Origin: Pristiophorus japonicus
Taxonomy: Eukaryota
NCBI RefSeq assembly: GCF_044704955.1
Contig: NC_091980.1
Span: 13,206,001 to 13,270,000 of the forward strand
Direction: 5' to 3'
Length of the DNA stretch: 64,000 nucleotides
Below the pieces are notes generated by a model, which saw only the letters and a program-made list of their open reading frames with translations, was not told the origin of the DNA and made no database searches. Below, one piece after another: positions 38,840 through 51,380 of the stretch (position 1 is the first letter of the stretch; each line of letters begins with the position of its first letter). The translations under genes were made by a program, and so were the position numbers.

Positions 38840-41313
38840 TGAAATAAGTGCATTACTAAAATAACAACAGCTATGGTTTATACAGCTTTGCTGCTACTTC
38901 CATTATGGATAGAATCATATTCGATACCTAAAGAGTTACAACTGGGTGAACTTGTTGGAAATATTTCGATCGAATTGTGTTCCTATGTGTAATAATTCTC
39001 AGCTCGCGTTTTTGGGGTGATTGTGACCTGTACACAGCAATATTTAAGACAAATTTTGTGAAGTATTGTTTTGTTGGCAGAGCATCACTTGCATATTTAA
39101 TAATTCGTTAGAAAAATGTGTAGTACCTGAGGACAGACGGATAATTAACATAATAACTATTTAAGAAGAGGGGTAGTAAATGGCATAGAATCATAGCCGT
39201 TAATAGCATACGCGGAAACCATTCAATACTAGCTTTGTGTGCTCAAGTCAGTGGAATGGGAATCACACCCATAACCTTCTGACTCAGAGACAAGAGTGGT
39301 ACCAACTGAACCACAGCTGCTTCCTGACTATACAGGTAATTATAGACCAGTCAGTCTAACATCATTGGATAAACATGAAATCCCTACTAATGTAGAAATT
39401 GGAAGAACATCTAGAAACCAAAAATATAGCAATGCATAGCCACCTTGGAATTCAAAAGGGAAAATCTTGCTTGACCAACATCATTCAATTTTTTGAAGAG
39501 GTAACTGAGAGAGTAAACAATGATAATGCAGTAGATGGAATTGATCCAAATGTTCAAAGGCCTTAGATAAACTGATGAACAAGGTCAGAGAAGGTGGAGT
39601 CAGAGGACAAGTAGCAGAATGGATAGCTAGCTGGCTTAACGATAGAAAGCAGAAAGTGTGGGTAAAATGTAGATATTCGCAGTAGCAGAAGGTGGTTAGT
39701 GGTGTTCCACAAGGATCAGAACTGGGACCAAAGTTGTTCACAATTTATATTAACGATTTAGACCATGGAATCATGAACACAATTCCTAAATTCGGGGATT
39801 ATACCAAATTGTGGGGGGGGGGGGTCAATACTGAGGTGGACAGCAAAAAGAAATTACAGGAAGACTTTAATAAACTTTCAGAATACGCATATAATTGGAA
39901 AATGTGAGGTATTGCATTTTGGTAGGAAGAATAGGGACGTCACTTATTACTTGGAGGGTGTGAGTCTAGGTGGGGTAGAAGAACAAACGGATCTCGGAGT
40001 ACAAATCATAGGTTAGCAAAGCCATAAAAAAAACCCCGCAAATTATGCACTAGGTTTATTTCTAGAGGTAAAAAAATTTAAAAGTAGAAAAGATATCCTA
40101 AACTTGTACTGAACCTTGGTTAGGCCACACTTACAGTACTTTTTACAGTTTTGGTCGCCATATTATAAAAATTACGTTGAGGCACTGGTGTTGGTGCAGA
40201 GAAAATTTAGAAGGGGGTATCAGAAATGCGGGGGTATCAGAAATGCGAAGGTATAAAATCAGGAAAGGATGAACAGGCTGTGTCTCTTTTTGCTGAGGAC
40301 TGAGAGGTGAGCAAATAGAGGCATTTAAAATTATGAATGGTTTTGAGAGAGTGGATACAGAGAGAATGTTTCCACTTTGTGGGAAAGAGCATAACTGGAT
40401 GCCATGACTATAAGATAGTCACCAAGATATCCAATAGAGATTTCAGAAGAAACTTCTTTACCCAAAGAGTGGTGAGAATGTGGAACTCGCCAGCACAGGG
40501 AGTGGTTGAAGAGAATAGTTTAGATGCATAGAACCGGAGGGAGGCTAGACAGGCATATCAGGGAGAAGGGAATGGAAGTTCTGCTGATAGATTTCGATGA
40601 GGAAAGACAGAAGAAGGCTCGAGTGGAGCATAAACGCCGGCATGGGCTGTTTGGGCTGAATAACCAGTAATCCTATGTAATATTGTATTGAAAGAGTGAG
40701 AATAAAAAGCCCCATGCTCCCTACCGAACTGATGTGGTTATTCTTAATATATGTGAAAATTCAGCGAGTATCCCAAAGAGACGGATCAATCTGAAAATCT
40801 CACAGGTAGTTGCACCAGGGTTATGATTCGCCCTTGAATGTGTAGTAGTTCCGTGTGTTAGAACAAGTTCCCATGATTGGAGCAGGCTCGACGGGATAAT
40901 TGCCTCCTTCTGTGCTGTAATATTTTGTGATTCTGTACTAAGCTATGTCCTCGTTCTGAACGATTATTTAATTTTAGAATCACAAGCCCGGAGTGGTAAT
41001 GAAAAGTTGTCTATACTGGTACTAACAATCAACTTGGACAGAGACATATAAAGCAAACACGTAAGTGAGGCCCAATCGCTAAATATATTGGCGTCTGAAA
41101 AAGACCTGCGACTGCTGAGAATATAAGTGCAATACAGGATGCCAACAATAAGGTGCTTATATTTGCCTAGTTTGTTCACAAGGTCAATTAATTGAGAGTC
41201 TCAGCCAAAGGATTTCTGGTAATCAAATTAACTGCTACTGACTTAAGTGATTGTTCCAGTGGTGCGATAGTGTACGGGTTCAGGAGCCATCCTTTGAAAG
41301 AGTGCGTGAGCTA
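38840..41313 (+). pseudogene. Relic protocadherin exon R4, split by SINE/CR1 insertions at about 39180-40690
   Basis: tattcgatacctaaagagttacaactgggtgaacttgttggaaatat (YSIP.ELQLG..VGNI). After the insertion: ctgaaaatctca...gcaccaggg...cttgaatgt, ttggacagagac, caggatgccaacaat. Confidence 0.8.
39330..40680 (+). mobile_element. Old CR1 (RT to 3' end)
   Basis: ORFs 39692-39907 (SGVPQGS.LGP.LFTIYINDL) and 40337-40531. Contains a 17-bp tandem duplication at 40214-40247. Confidence 0.85.
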
Positions 41314-41664
41314 GAAAGATAGAAATGGGAGTAGGCCATTCAGTCCCTCGAGCCAGCTCTGCCATTCAACTAGATCGTTGGTAATCTGCACTTCAACTCC
41401 ATTTACCATCCTTAGATTCATATCCTTTGATAAACTTACCTTGTTGCCAACAATAATATTAAATTCGATTTGTTGTATTTCAATTTAGCTTTCAGCAGTC
41501 CATTTGAGGTTTTAACAACTCATCAGCTAAGATACACTAAGAGAAGTGTATTGACGGATTGTATTCATATCTTACCCTAATTATATAAGCTGCCTACTGG
41601 TGAAAAACGACTCATTACCAGAGAAATTTAATCTACCAAACTTTTTGAAAACATTGTTTAGTTA

Positions 41665-41826
41665 CATTTTTGGTTGAACAACCATAAATGTGAAATCGAA
41701 GCCAAGATTTTCCGAGACATTCCAGCTTTAAAAAATGCTCTGAAGGCTGATTGGATGTTTGTGATTATGTTCCATCCACCAATCAGAAACTGCAATATGA
41801 CTGGCGATCCTGACTGCCCCCTTCCT
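41665..41826 (+). promoter_or_regulatory. Pcdh promoter module for exon 42093
   Basis: CTGATTGG(41747)-24nt-CCAATCAG-10nt-ATGACTGG-CGATCCTGACTGCCCCCTTCC. Confidence 0.75.
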
Positions 41827-42092
41827 TTCCCATCCACCACTGCGTACGTTCAGCCATAGTTCAGTGTTGAACGTCGGGCCATGAGCATTGCAATCGGTTT
41901 TGCATCCGAACCCAATGGTGATTTTTCGCAGAAATTAAGAATATCGGCACAGAAACAATCTGCAGATTTGTAAACCCAGGGCTATTTTTAGTAATCTGCT
42001 ACATTCACTGTGGGGGGAAAAGTAACTTATATTCGAAGGAATTATCAAAGCAAGCCTCAGCAGTAAAACATTTGGGATGCTTTGTGCTGGAA

Positions 42093-44541
42093 ATGAGATA
42101 TTATAAACGACACTGGCTGTTAAAATGGTCACTGCTGTGCTGCGTGTGCTCCTTCTGGGATTCAATTTCTGGACAGGTTCGCTATTCAATTCCTGAAGAG
42201 CTGCAACTGGGCGCCTTTGTTGGGAATATCGCAGAGGATTTAGAATTAGATGTGAAAGAGCTCTCAGCTCGCAATTTTCGGATTGTGCCTGGATTCACGA
42301 AGCAGTATTTCAAGGTAAATTTGAACAATGGCAATTTATTTGTAAAGAAAAAGATTGACAGGGAACAGCTCTGTGGAGCGAGCCTGACGTGTGTGTTATC
42401 TTTAGAAACGGTGATCGAAAATCCCTTCAGTCTGTACGATGTTGAAGTGGAGATTCTGGATGTAAACGACAATGCTCCTATATTTCCGCAAAGCCAGTTC
42501 CGCATTGAAATCTCCGAGATGGCCGCACCGGGAACAATTAATCCCCTTGACTGCGCTCACGACCCAGACGTGGGAACCAACTCCCTGCAATCGTACCAGC
42601 TAGTTGCAAACGAATATTTCGCTTTAAATGTTGAGAGCCGAAATGGGAATGCAGACATGCCAGTGTTAGTTTTGAAAAGACCTCTGGATAGAGAAAATAC
42701 ATCAAGTCACAGGTTAGTTCTAATTGCCAAAGACGGCGGTATCCCTGAGCGGTCTGGAACTGCACATATATTAATCATTGTTATCATGTGAATGATAACA
42801 CCCCTGTGTTCCCCCAGTCAGTTTATAGGATTAGTCTTTTTGAAAATATATCGAAAGGAACATTAATGATCAAGCTAAATGCCACTGATTTAGACGGCGG
42901 TTCCAATGGAGAGATTATGTATTCTTTCAGTCGCCAGACCTCTGTTAGAGTCCGTAAGCTGTTTGCTCTGGATTCCAAAACGGGTGAAATCAGAGTCAAT
43001 GGAAATGTAAACTTTGAAGAGAAGAGTATTTTTGAAATTAATATACAAGCAATAGACAGGGGACCTCACGCAATTCCTGCTTATTGCCATGTGCTGGTTC
43101 GGATTGTGGATATAAATGATAACGCCCCTGAGGTGACTGTCACTACCCTGTTCAGTCCAGTCCCTGAAAACCCGGTGCCAGGGACGGTTGCAGCTCTAAT
43201 CAGTGCAACAGACAATGATTCAGGAGAAAATGGGCAGGTAGATTGTCAAGTCGTAAATAACGTTCCTTTTCAATTGGATTCTTCCTCCAAGAAATACTTA
43301 ACATTGCGTACACAACAGGTGCTTGATCGTGAAAATACTTCGAGGTACGAAGTCACCGTCCTCTGCAGTGATTCAGGGTCTCCACCCCGTATATCCAAGA
43401 AAGTCATCCTGGTGGAGGTTTCATATAAATGATAACGCGCCCGCTTTGCACAACCTTTATATACAGCTTACGTGATGGAGAACAATGTTATTGGAGCGTC
43501 TATCTTCTCAGTAACAGCTTTTGATCCCGACTTAAACCAGGACTCGCGGCTAAACTACGCCATCAGGGCGTCTCAGATTCAGGACGAGTCTGTTTTCAAT
43601 TACGTCTATATCCAATCAGAACAGGGAGTGATATTTTCTCAAAGATCTTTTGACTATGAGAGACTCAAATATTTTCAAATCCAAGTTCAGGTTACAGACT
43701 CTGGAGTCCCACCACTCTCCAGCAATGCCTCGGTGGAGGTAATTATCCTTGATCTGAATGACAATGCTCCGGTGATCGTGCATCCATTGCCCGAGTATGG
43801 ATCTACAATAACAGAGACAGTATCTAGATTCGCAGAACCTGGCTATCTAGTCGCCAAAGTGTCGGCCACTGATGCCGACTCTGGCCAGAATGCTCGCCTC
43901 TATTATCAGATTCTCCAGACAACTGACCCAGGACTTCTTACCATTTCACCGGATACAGCCGAAATCTGGACAATCCGTGGCATTAGGAGCAAAGACGGCA
44001 CAAACCAACGGTTGGTCATCGGCGCAAAGGACAATGGCTCGCCACCGCTTTCAGCCTCAATGACAATCATCTTATCACTGACAAGCGGTGATCCGGAAAT
44101 GCTTTCCGACGTGAGCAGTTTGTCTGATGATCCTGGATTATTTGGCGACATCAGCCTTTTCTTAGTCATATCGTTAGGGATAACCTCATCTATTTTTCTC
44201 GTGGTTTTAATTACCCTCGCCATTAACGTTCATAAACACAGAAACCGGTTTGCTGCCCATAATGGTTACCTGGGCACCGGTTGTTGCTTCACACGAAATT
44301 CATTAAATGGAATTCAAAAAGCAGCAGAAATCTTGAAATAGTTCCGAACTATGCCGAAGTGTTTGAGGACGATCCGCTTTCTCAAAGCTTCCGTTATGAC
44401 ACGTGTTCAACTTCAGGCACGGCAAAGAGAGACGCCATGTTTCCTAACATGTACAGTTCATCTACACGCAAGAGTAACGTCACGCGAAGGAATGAGGAAG
44501 TTCTCCGGAATTTAAACTGCAAGTACTCTGTAAACAGTGAG
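42093..44541 (+). pseudogene. Clustered protocadherin variable exon, frameshifted (probable young pseudogene)
   Basis: Full-length match to 19999-22455 but split into ORFs 42072-42791, 42788-43432, 43472-44341 and 44281-44568 by small deletions near 42783, 43423 and 44322. Donor GAG|GTGAGG at 44541/44542. Confidence 0.9.
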
Positions 44542-45549
44542 GTGAGGAAATTCAAAAAACACTTTTGAGTTTGCTTTGGATGTACAGACATCAGCTGATG
44601 TGTTGTAACACAAAGTTCCAAATGTTCTAGTTGACGGCAGATAAAGGGCAGATATGGTTAAAAGTACCACACCTGAACTTCTTTTTCCATTTCTGCCCCT
44701 AATATTTATCCTTAAACATGACATCATTTGAGTTTTACTTTTATAAGTTCAGTTGTAGTGTCAACGGTGATAGGGGCGTGTAGTTTAAAATATGAGTTAA
44801 CCAAACCGTGGCTAGAATACGACAAAATTAGTGTTTAGCGCGGTGCATTGGAAAGAGACTGAAAGAATCAAGATATTCAACACGTTCTCAGTCCTGCGGG
44901 AGAATGAGATAGAATAGGAGCTTTGGCCTAGATGCAGTGAGAAGAACGAGCAGCTATATATATACTTCAAGTTTAGGAGAAGGACAAAAAAGTTCAGAGA
45001 TTTACAATAAGCACAATAGTGTGTATAAGGTTGGTCGAGAATTTATGATAGTTTTTAAATCAGTAATAATAGAAGGATCACCTCTCATACAATAGGTTTG
45101 TTGGGTTGAATATAGTGTTATCCCTAAGAATGTGTTCGTGAAAATTTGCATTTTATTATTTCAGAATCATTAATAGCGTATCTATATCATAAGATCATGC
45201 CCGCCCACGAGCTAGCTACCTTTCATTACATTACTACGTGTAAAATGTAAGGCACTTGTAGAACAGATTTTTATTTGTAAGTGAATGCACACCTGGAGCA
45301 AAAAAAACATATGAATGCATGGATTTGCAAGTGTTTGTCCATTGGTCATTCTACAGGGTGCATCATGCAGTACTGGATTCATAGTTAATGCTGTAAGACA
45401 TATTTCTCTTAATGCCTTGTACTGAATTCTGGAAGCAATACATATATAATACAATTTCATTCGAACTTTATTAGTGATCTGTTGTGATGTGAGCAGAGTG
45501 ATATTAACATTGGAGGATGGACCGGTTTTCCTTTCAAGCTATTTCCATT

Positions 45550-45880
45550 GTAAAGCACTCACAGGTCAATAGAGTACAATTTCAATGTTCAGTGGTGCTC
45601 ATCTTTTTTCTTTGCATAGGATCCTCAACCTCATCTTCAAAGCACCGGTCCACAGCACCAGTGTGACATTTCACATTAACACACTAGCCTTGGTCCCTCC
45701 GAGTGAGGTTGTCAAATGAGTGCCAAATTAAAGGCAGCATTGTGCAGTGCGATTACACTCACTGGTAACAGTGCTTATTCTGTACAAACTCATTTCACCT
45801 GTAGCTCTTACCTCCGGAGAGAATATACATCCATCCAAGCAATTTCTGTTTGATTAGCATCTATGTTCTAAAAGTCAATT
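45550..45880 (-). mobile_element. LF-SINE-like element (unit copy 5)
   Basis: Minus strand reads gtgaaatgagtttg...taatttggcactcatttgacaacctcactcggagggaccaagg...gaaatgtcacactggtgc...ggttgagg. Confidence 0.6.
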
Positions 45881-46489
45881 TTCCAATCCAGCAGCAGCAG
45901 GCATAGACTCTCCTGTTCACTGTTGCAGAATAAGAATGATACCATGTATAATATTAAAGTGATTATAGGTGTATTCAGCACACCACTGACTAGAAGAATT
46001 GGGTTGGAATAGCTGAATCATCAAAATGACTGATATATGTAGAACTCACTAAGATGTGAAATTCTAAGAGGTTTACAGTGGGTTGTTTAATAGTGACGTT
46101 AAGAATATGTACTGTAAAACTATTTTTGAAAGATAGTTTAATACAGGAAAGGAAATCTCCAGCATAATAAAGCAAACGGTTGCTTGAAAATTTACTTCCA
46201 CAACAAAAAAATTGTAGGAATTGTTAAGACATGTTCTAAGACTTGCTGAGCATTGTTAGTGTTTAAATTGAGAGTTATTTTCAACAATGAGAAGCTGCAA
46301 TGTGAGTGGAGTTTCTGACACACTGCTTTTGGAATTGCGCACCACTTACCTTACCTTCGGTTCTGTGCATGAATCAAGTTTCGCTTTGGTGAAACTCCCA
46401 GAAAAATAGTTCGGGCATTTAAACGGTATAGGTCTTTTAAGCAACGTGGCTCTGCTGGATTCAATTCTGACATGATATTCAACGGAAAT

Positions 46490-47305
46490 GCTAAACGGAG
46501 TATACAACACTGAATTGGCAAGGGCTATGGTTCAGCTCCTTTGTTGGTACCTAGTTTAAGGACACATTCGTTGAAACATTACCGAAAACTATTCGGTGGC
46601 TTTGTTCGGAATGTTGCGGTCAATTCGAGTTAGGTGTAAGGGAGCTCGCTTTTTCGGATTGTGTCTGGTCGAAGAAAACAGAAATTCGATGTTAATTTCA
46701 TCAATGGGATTTTGCGTATAATGGAAAACATTTGGCTTTGCAAACAGGGTATCACTTGGATATTGTTCTAAAAAAAATGAACACCCCCTCAGCCTCGACC
46801 GAATTACGGTGGAGATTCTAGATGTAAGCGACAATTATCTGAGTTTTCCAAACTCTTACTTGTTCCATCTCAGATGATCTTCCAACAGGGCCGCGTTTTG
46901 CAATTCCAGGCATTTAAGTTTCGAACGTTCCAAGCAACTCCCTACAAACTGGCAGGCGTCTTCTGAACGATGATTTCATTCTGCAGTGAAATCCAGAGTG
47001 GCAATGGAGAGTTGCCTGTGTTGATGCTAGAAAACTCATTGGACAGAGTAAACTAACAACCGTCAAGTTAGTCCCAATTGATCAAGTTGGTAGTGTCCCT
47101 AAAATATCTGGTATTGTTTAGATACTAATCATAGTGCAGGATGTCATCAAAAAGGCGCCTATCATTCCCCAGTCAGCTTATAAGATCGTCTGATTGGAAG
47201 AGTCACCCTAAGGCTCTCTGGTAATCAAACTTAACGATATTAATTTGGAAATTATTTCAGTGGAGAGCTAGTATTTATATTTCAGCAGCCACCCATCGGC
47301 TAGAG
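46490..47305 (+). pseudogene. Relic protocadherin exon R5 (signal peptide to start of EC3)
   Basis: tttcggattgtgtctgg (FRIV), gtggagattctagatgtaagcgacaat (VEILDV.DN), ttggacagagta, gtgcaggatgtc, ccccagtcagcttat. Confidence 0.82.
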
Positions 47306-47319
47306 GCCATGCTTGCAAC

Positions 47320-49035
47320 CACCTGAATCTGAAACACACTGAAGTGGAGATTTTTCATGTAAATGATAATGCTTTCACATTCTCCAAGAACCAGTTCCAC
47401 CTGGAAATCTCAGAGATTTCCACACCGGGAACGCGCTTCCTCCTTCGAACACGCGCAGACGTTGGAACAAACTCCCTACGAGCCTACGAGCTCCTTGCCA
47501 ACGATTATTTCACTCTCGAACTACAGTCGAGAAGTGGGGATGAAAAGCTGCTATTCTTTGTGTTGCAAAGACTCCTGGACAGAGGAAAGGAATCGGTCCA
47601 CAGGTTCGTGCTAATTGCCAAGAATGGAGGGGTTCCTGAACGATCAAGTACTGATCAAGGAGCCTCCTGATAACAGGAGACACGGAACCTGTTTTCCATC
47701 AGTCAGTTTATAGGGTCAGTCTGTCAGAAAATACTGCTAAAGGTAACCTGGTAATTAAAGTAAATGCTACTGACTTGGCTGCTGGTTAAATGGCGACATA
47801 GTATACTATTTTAGCAGTCATAGGTCTGCTGGAGTATCCGAGCTATTTGCGGTGGTTTCCAAAGCTAGTGAAATCAGAGTGAAAGGGAATGTGGATTATG
47901 AAGAATACAGTGCTTTTGAGATCAAGGTAAAAGCAATGGATAACACTCCTTACCCCAAGCCCGTGTATGACGATGTGCTGGTGGACATTATTGATGTGAA
48001 TGATAGCGTACCTAAATTGACTTTGGCTTCCTTGTCAGTCCAGTTCGTGAAGATGTTCCGCCGGGCACTGTAGCTGCCCTGATCAGCGCAGCAGACACAG
48101 ATTCTGGCGAAAATGGATAGGTAGAATGTCAAGTCTCAGACAGCCTGTCATTCGACCTAGATTTACCTTTAAATAATTATTTAAACTGCTTACCCACCAT
48201 CCACTAGACCGTGAAAATATGTCCAAGTACGATATTACCATCACATGCAGAGATGCGGGAAGCCCTCCGCTAACAACCAATATCCAACCGGATGGAGGTT
48301 ACAGACATAAATGACAACTCACCACAGCTTACGCGAATTTTATATACAGCTTACGTGTTGGAAAACAATATTATGAAGACTTATATCTTCCAACTAACTA
48401 CAGTTGAACCGGATTTAAGGCAGAATTCTCGACTATCCTATTCGTTCTTGGAGACTGACTCGGGAGGAGATAGTGAGTGATTACTTTGATATTAATGCAG
48501 AGAGTGGCATTATATTTTCTCAGAGATCTTTTGACTATGAACATCTAAAATATTTTCAGATCTATGTTCAAGCACGGGACTCTGGAGTCCCCACACTGAC
48601 TGGCAATGCCTCGATAAATATAACTCTTCTTGACCAGAATGACAATGCGCCAGTGATCCTGCATCCAAAATCGGAGTTTGGTTCAACGGTACCGCCTTCT
48701 TCGTCCATAAAAACAGAACTAGGTTTGATGTCCAATCCTATAATATGGACACGTGTTGCTACTTCCAAACAAAGACTTTGTTAAATTGAAATCAAAAAGC
48801 TAGCTGAAGCAGTCATCTAGCTCCAAACTATGTTGAAGTATTTGGAGGCGATCCACATTCCCAATGTTACCGCTACGAGATTTCTTCAACTTTACATTCC
48901 AACATGAGAGACTTGCTGTTTCCCAACACATGCAATTCATCTACAAATAAGATTAAGGTCAAGAACAGAAATATTGGGAAAGAAAATCCGCTGACATCAA
49001 GTTCCTCACAGTATAATAACACTGAAAGTAGTGAG
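47320..49035 (+). pseudogene. Fragmentary protocadherin pseudo-exon (end of EC1 to EC5, cytoplasmic tail; most of EC6 and the TM deleted)
   Basis: ORFs 47344-47670, 47852-48073, 48292-48480 and 48473-48784; ccaaactatgttgaagtatttggaggcgatcca (PNYVEVFGGDP); donor-like GAG|GTGAGG at 49035/49036. Confidence 0.88.
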
Positions 49036-49635
49036 GTGAGGTGATAGGTTTTTTTAAAAACTCACATTGTGATTTGAATCCACAGGTGAAGTTTCGAAAT
49101 AAGATTATGTTTGTCTCTTTGTGGTGATGTGCAATTATAAGAGTTAATTGAACACAGCAGAGCTCAAATTACCTTCTAGTTTGGTTACTAATCATTTTGC
49201 CAAGACCAACCTCTATGAAAAGTAGTAATATCTCTTAGAATGTCTTCACATTCTTGTGCTGCTAAATTCTAGCATCTCTTCAAGTGTTTTATCAGCAACA
49301 ATAAGAAGTTGCACAAGCTGATTAATGTACAATCCATTATTAGAAGTAATACGTGAATAAACTGTAAAATAAAACGTTTACCCTCCATCATAGGACGAGT
49401 GAGGCAGATATATTTCCAAGAACCTACGAACTCGAACTAACTTTCATACACAGAGTAGCACCAGTTTCAAAATTACCATAAATTATCCATACACATCAGT
49501 TTCATAATATTTTATTTCTCGAGAAATTCCCTGCAGTACTTACCATTGTACCTGCGCCAGCCAAGAAGAGGTTATCTAGTCTAATCACAATTATATTTTT
49601 ATCCGTGTTTGTGCTCATCAGGGTGATTTATGTTA

Positions 49636-51380
49636 AACATAGAAACATAGAACTTTACAGTGCAGAACGAGACTATTTCAGCCAATCGTGTCCTGCGCTG
49701 GCTGAGGAAGAGTCGCACGGCACTTGGTCAGCAGCCCTGAAGCTTACATATAAACCTATGAGCAATGAACTATAACAGAAAGGTAAAGAGCACTCAACCC
49801 AACCAGTCCACCCCACACAACTGCGACACCCCTTAATCTAAAACATTCTACATTTCACCCCAACTGAAGCTATGTGATCACCTGGGAGAGGCAATACCAG
49901 ATAAAAACCAAGGTCTATTGGGGGAAAAAAGTCTGGGGGAATTCCTCTCCGACCCATCCAGGATCGAAACTAGTCCATGAGATCACCCTGGCCATATTCA
50001 ATTCCCTGCATTAGCTACCATCGTATCTGTGCCAGCCAACAAGAGGTTATCCAGTCTAATCCCAATTATCAGCTCTAGCTCGGTAACCGTGCAGGTTATT
50101 GCACTTTAAGTGCCCATCCAAGCACCTTTCAAATGTGGTGAGAATTGCTGCATCCACCACTCTTCCAGACAGTGAGTTCCAGGCCCTCACAACCCTCTGC
50201 ATGAAGAAACCCCCACCACCCGCCCACAAATCCCCTCTGAACCTTCCACCAACAACCTTTAAACTATGCCCCCTCGTAATTGACCCCTCCAACAATGGAA
50301 ACAGGCCCTTGTTCAGCACTACATCCAGGCCACTCAAAATTTTGTACACCTCAATGAGGTCTTCTCTCAAATTCTTCCTTTCCAATGAGACAAACCCAGC
50401 CAGCCAATCTGTCCTCATACCTAAGATTCTCCATTCCAGGCAGCATCCTAGTAAATCTCCTCTGCACGCTCTGTAGTGCAATCAAGTCCTTTCTACAGCT
50501 GTGGCCTAACCAGTGTATTATATAATTTAAGCGTAAAATCCCTGCTCTTGCATTTTATGCCTCGGCAAATAAAGGCAACCATTCCATATGTCTTCTTAAC
50601 CATCTTATCCACCTGGCCTGCTAATTTCAGACATTTGTGGACAAGCACTCCAAGTTCCCTTTGTTCATCTATACTATTAAGTGGCCTACCTCTTAATGTG
50701 TATACCCTTTCTGTATTAGCCCTCCCAAAGTGCATTACATCAAACTTCTCCGAAAAAAATTTCCATTTACCACTGCTCTGCCCACCTGACCAGTGGATTG
50801 ATATCCTCCTTCAGGTCATAACTCTCCTCTTCATTATCAACCACACAGCCAATTTTAGTTTTATCTGCAAACTTCTTAATCATACTCCCTATATTCAAAT
50901 CTAAACCATCGACATATACCACAGAAAACAAGGGACCCAGTACTGATCCCTGTGGAACCCCACTGGAAACATCCTTCCAGTCACAAACACATCTAGCAAG
51001 CATTACCCTTTGCTTCCTAATGCTAAGCCAACTTTAGATCCAACTACCAATTTTCCCTGGATTACATGGGCTTTACTCTTCGTGACCAGTCTACCATGTG
51101 GGACCTTATCAAAAGATTTGCTAAAGTCCATATACACTACTTTATGCGCACTTCCCTCGTCGACCCTCTTGGTTACCTTTGCAAAAATCTCAATCAGATT
51201 AGTCAAACATGATCTTCCCTTAACCAATCCGTGCTGACTGTCTCCAATTAATTCTTGCATTTCCAAATGTATATTTATTCTGTCTTTCAGGATTTTTCCA
51301 ATAATTTTCCCACGACTGAGGTTAGACTGACAAGGCTGGAATTACTCGGCCTATCACTTTCTCCCTTCATAAACAAGGGT
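49636..51380 (-). mobile_element. CR1 LINE (RT to 3' end) with extended 3' UTR
   Basis: Minus ORFs 50056-50481, 50493-50735, 50767-51003 (GVPQGSVLGP, KFAD) and 51003-51266; tail aaacatagaaacatagaa at about 49636. Confidence 0.88.
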
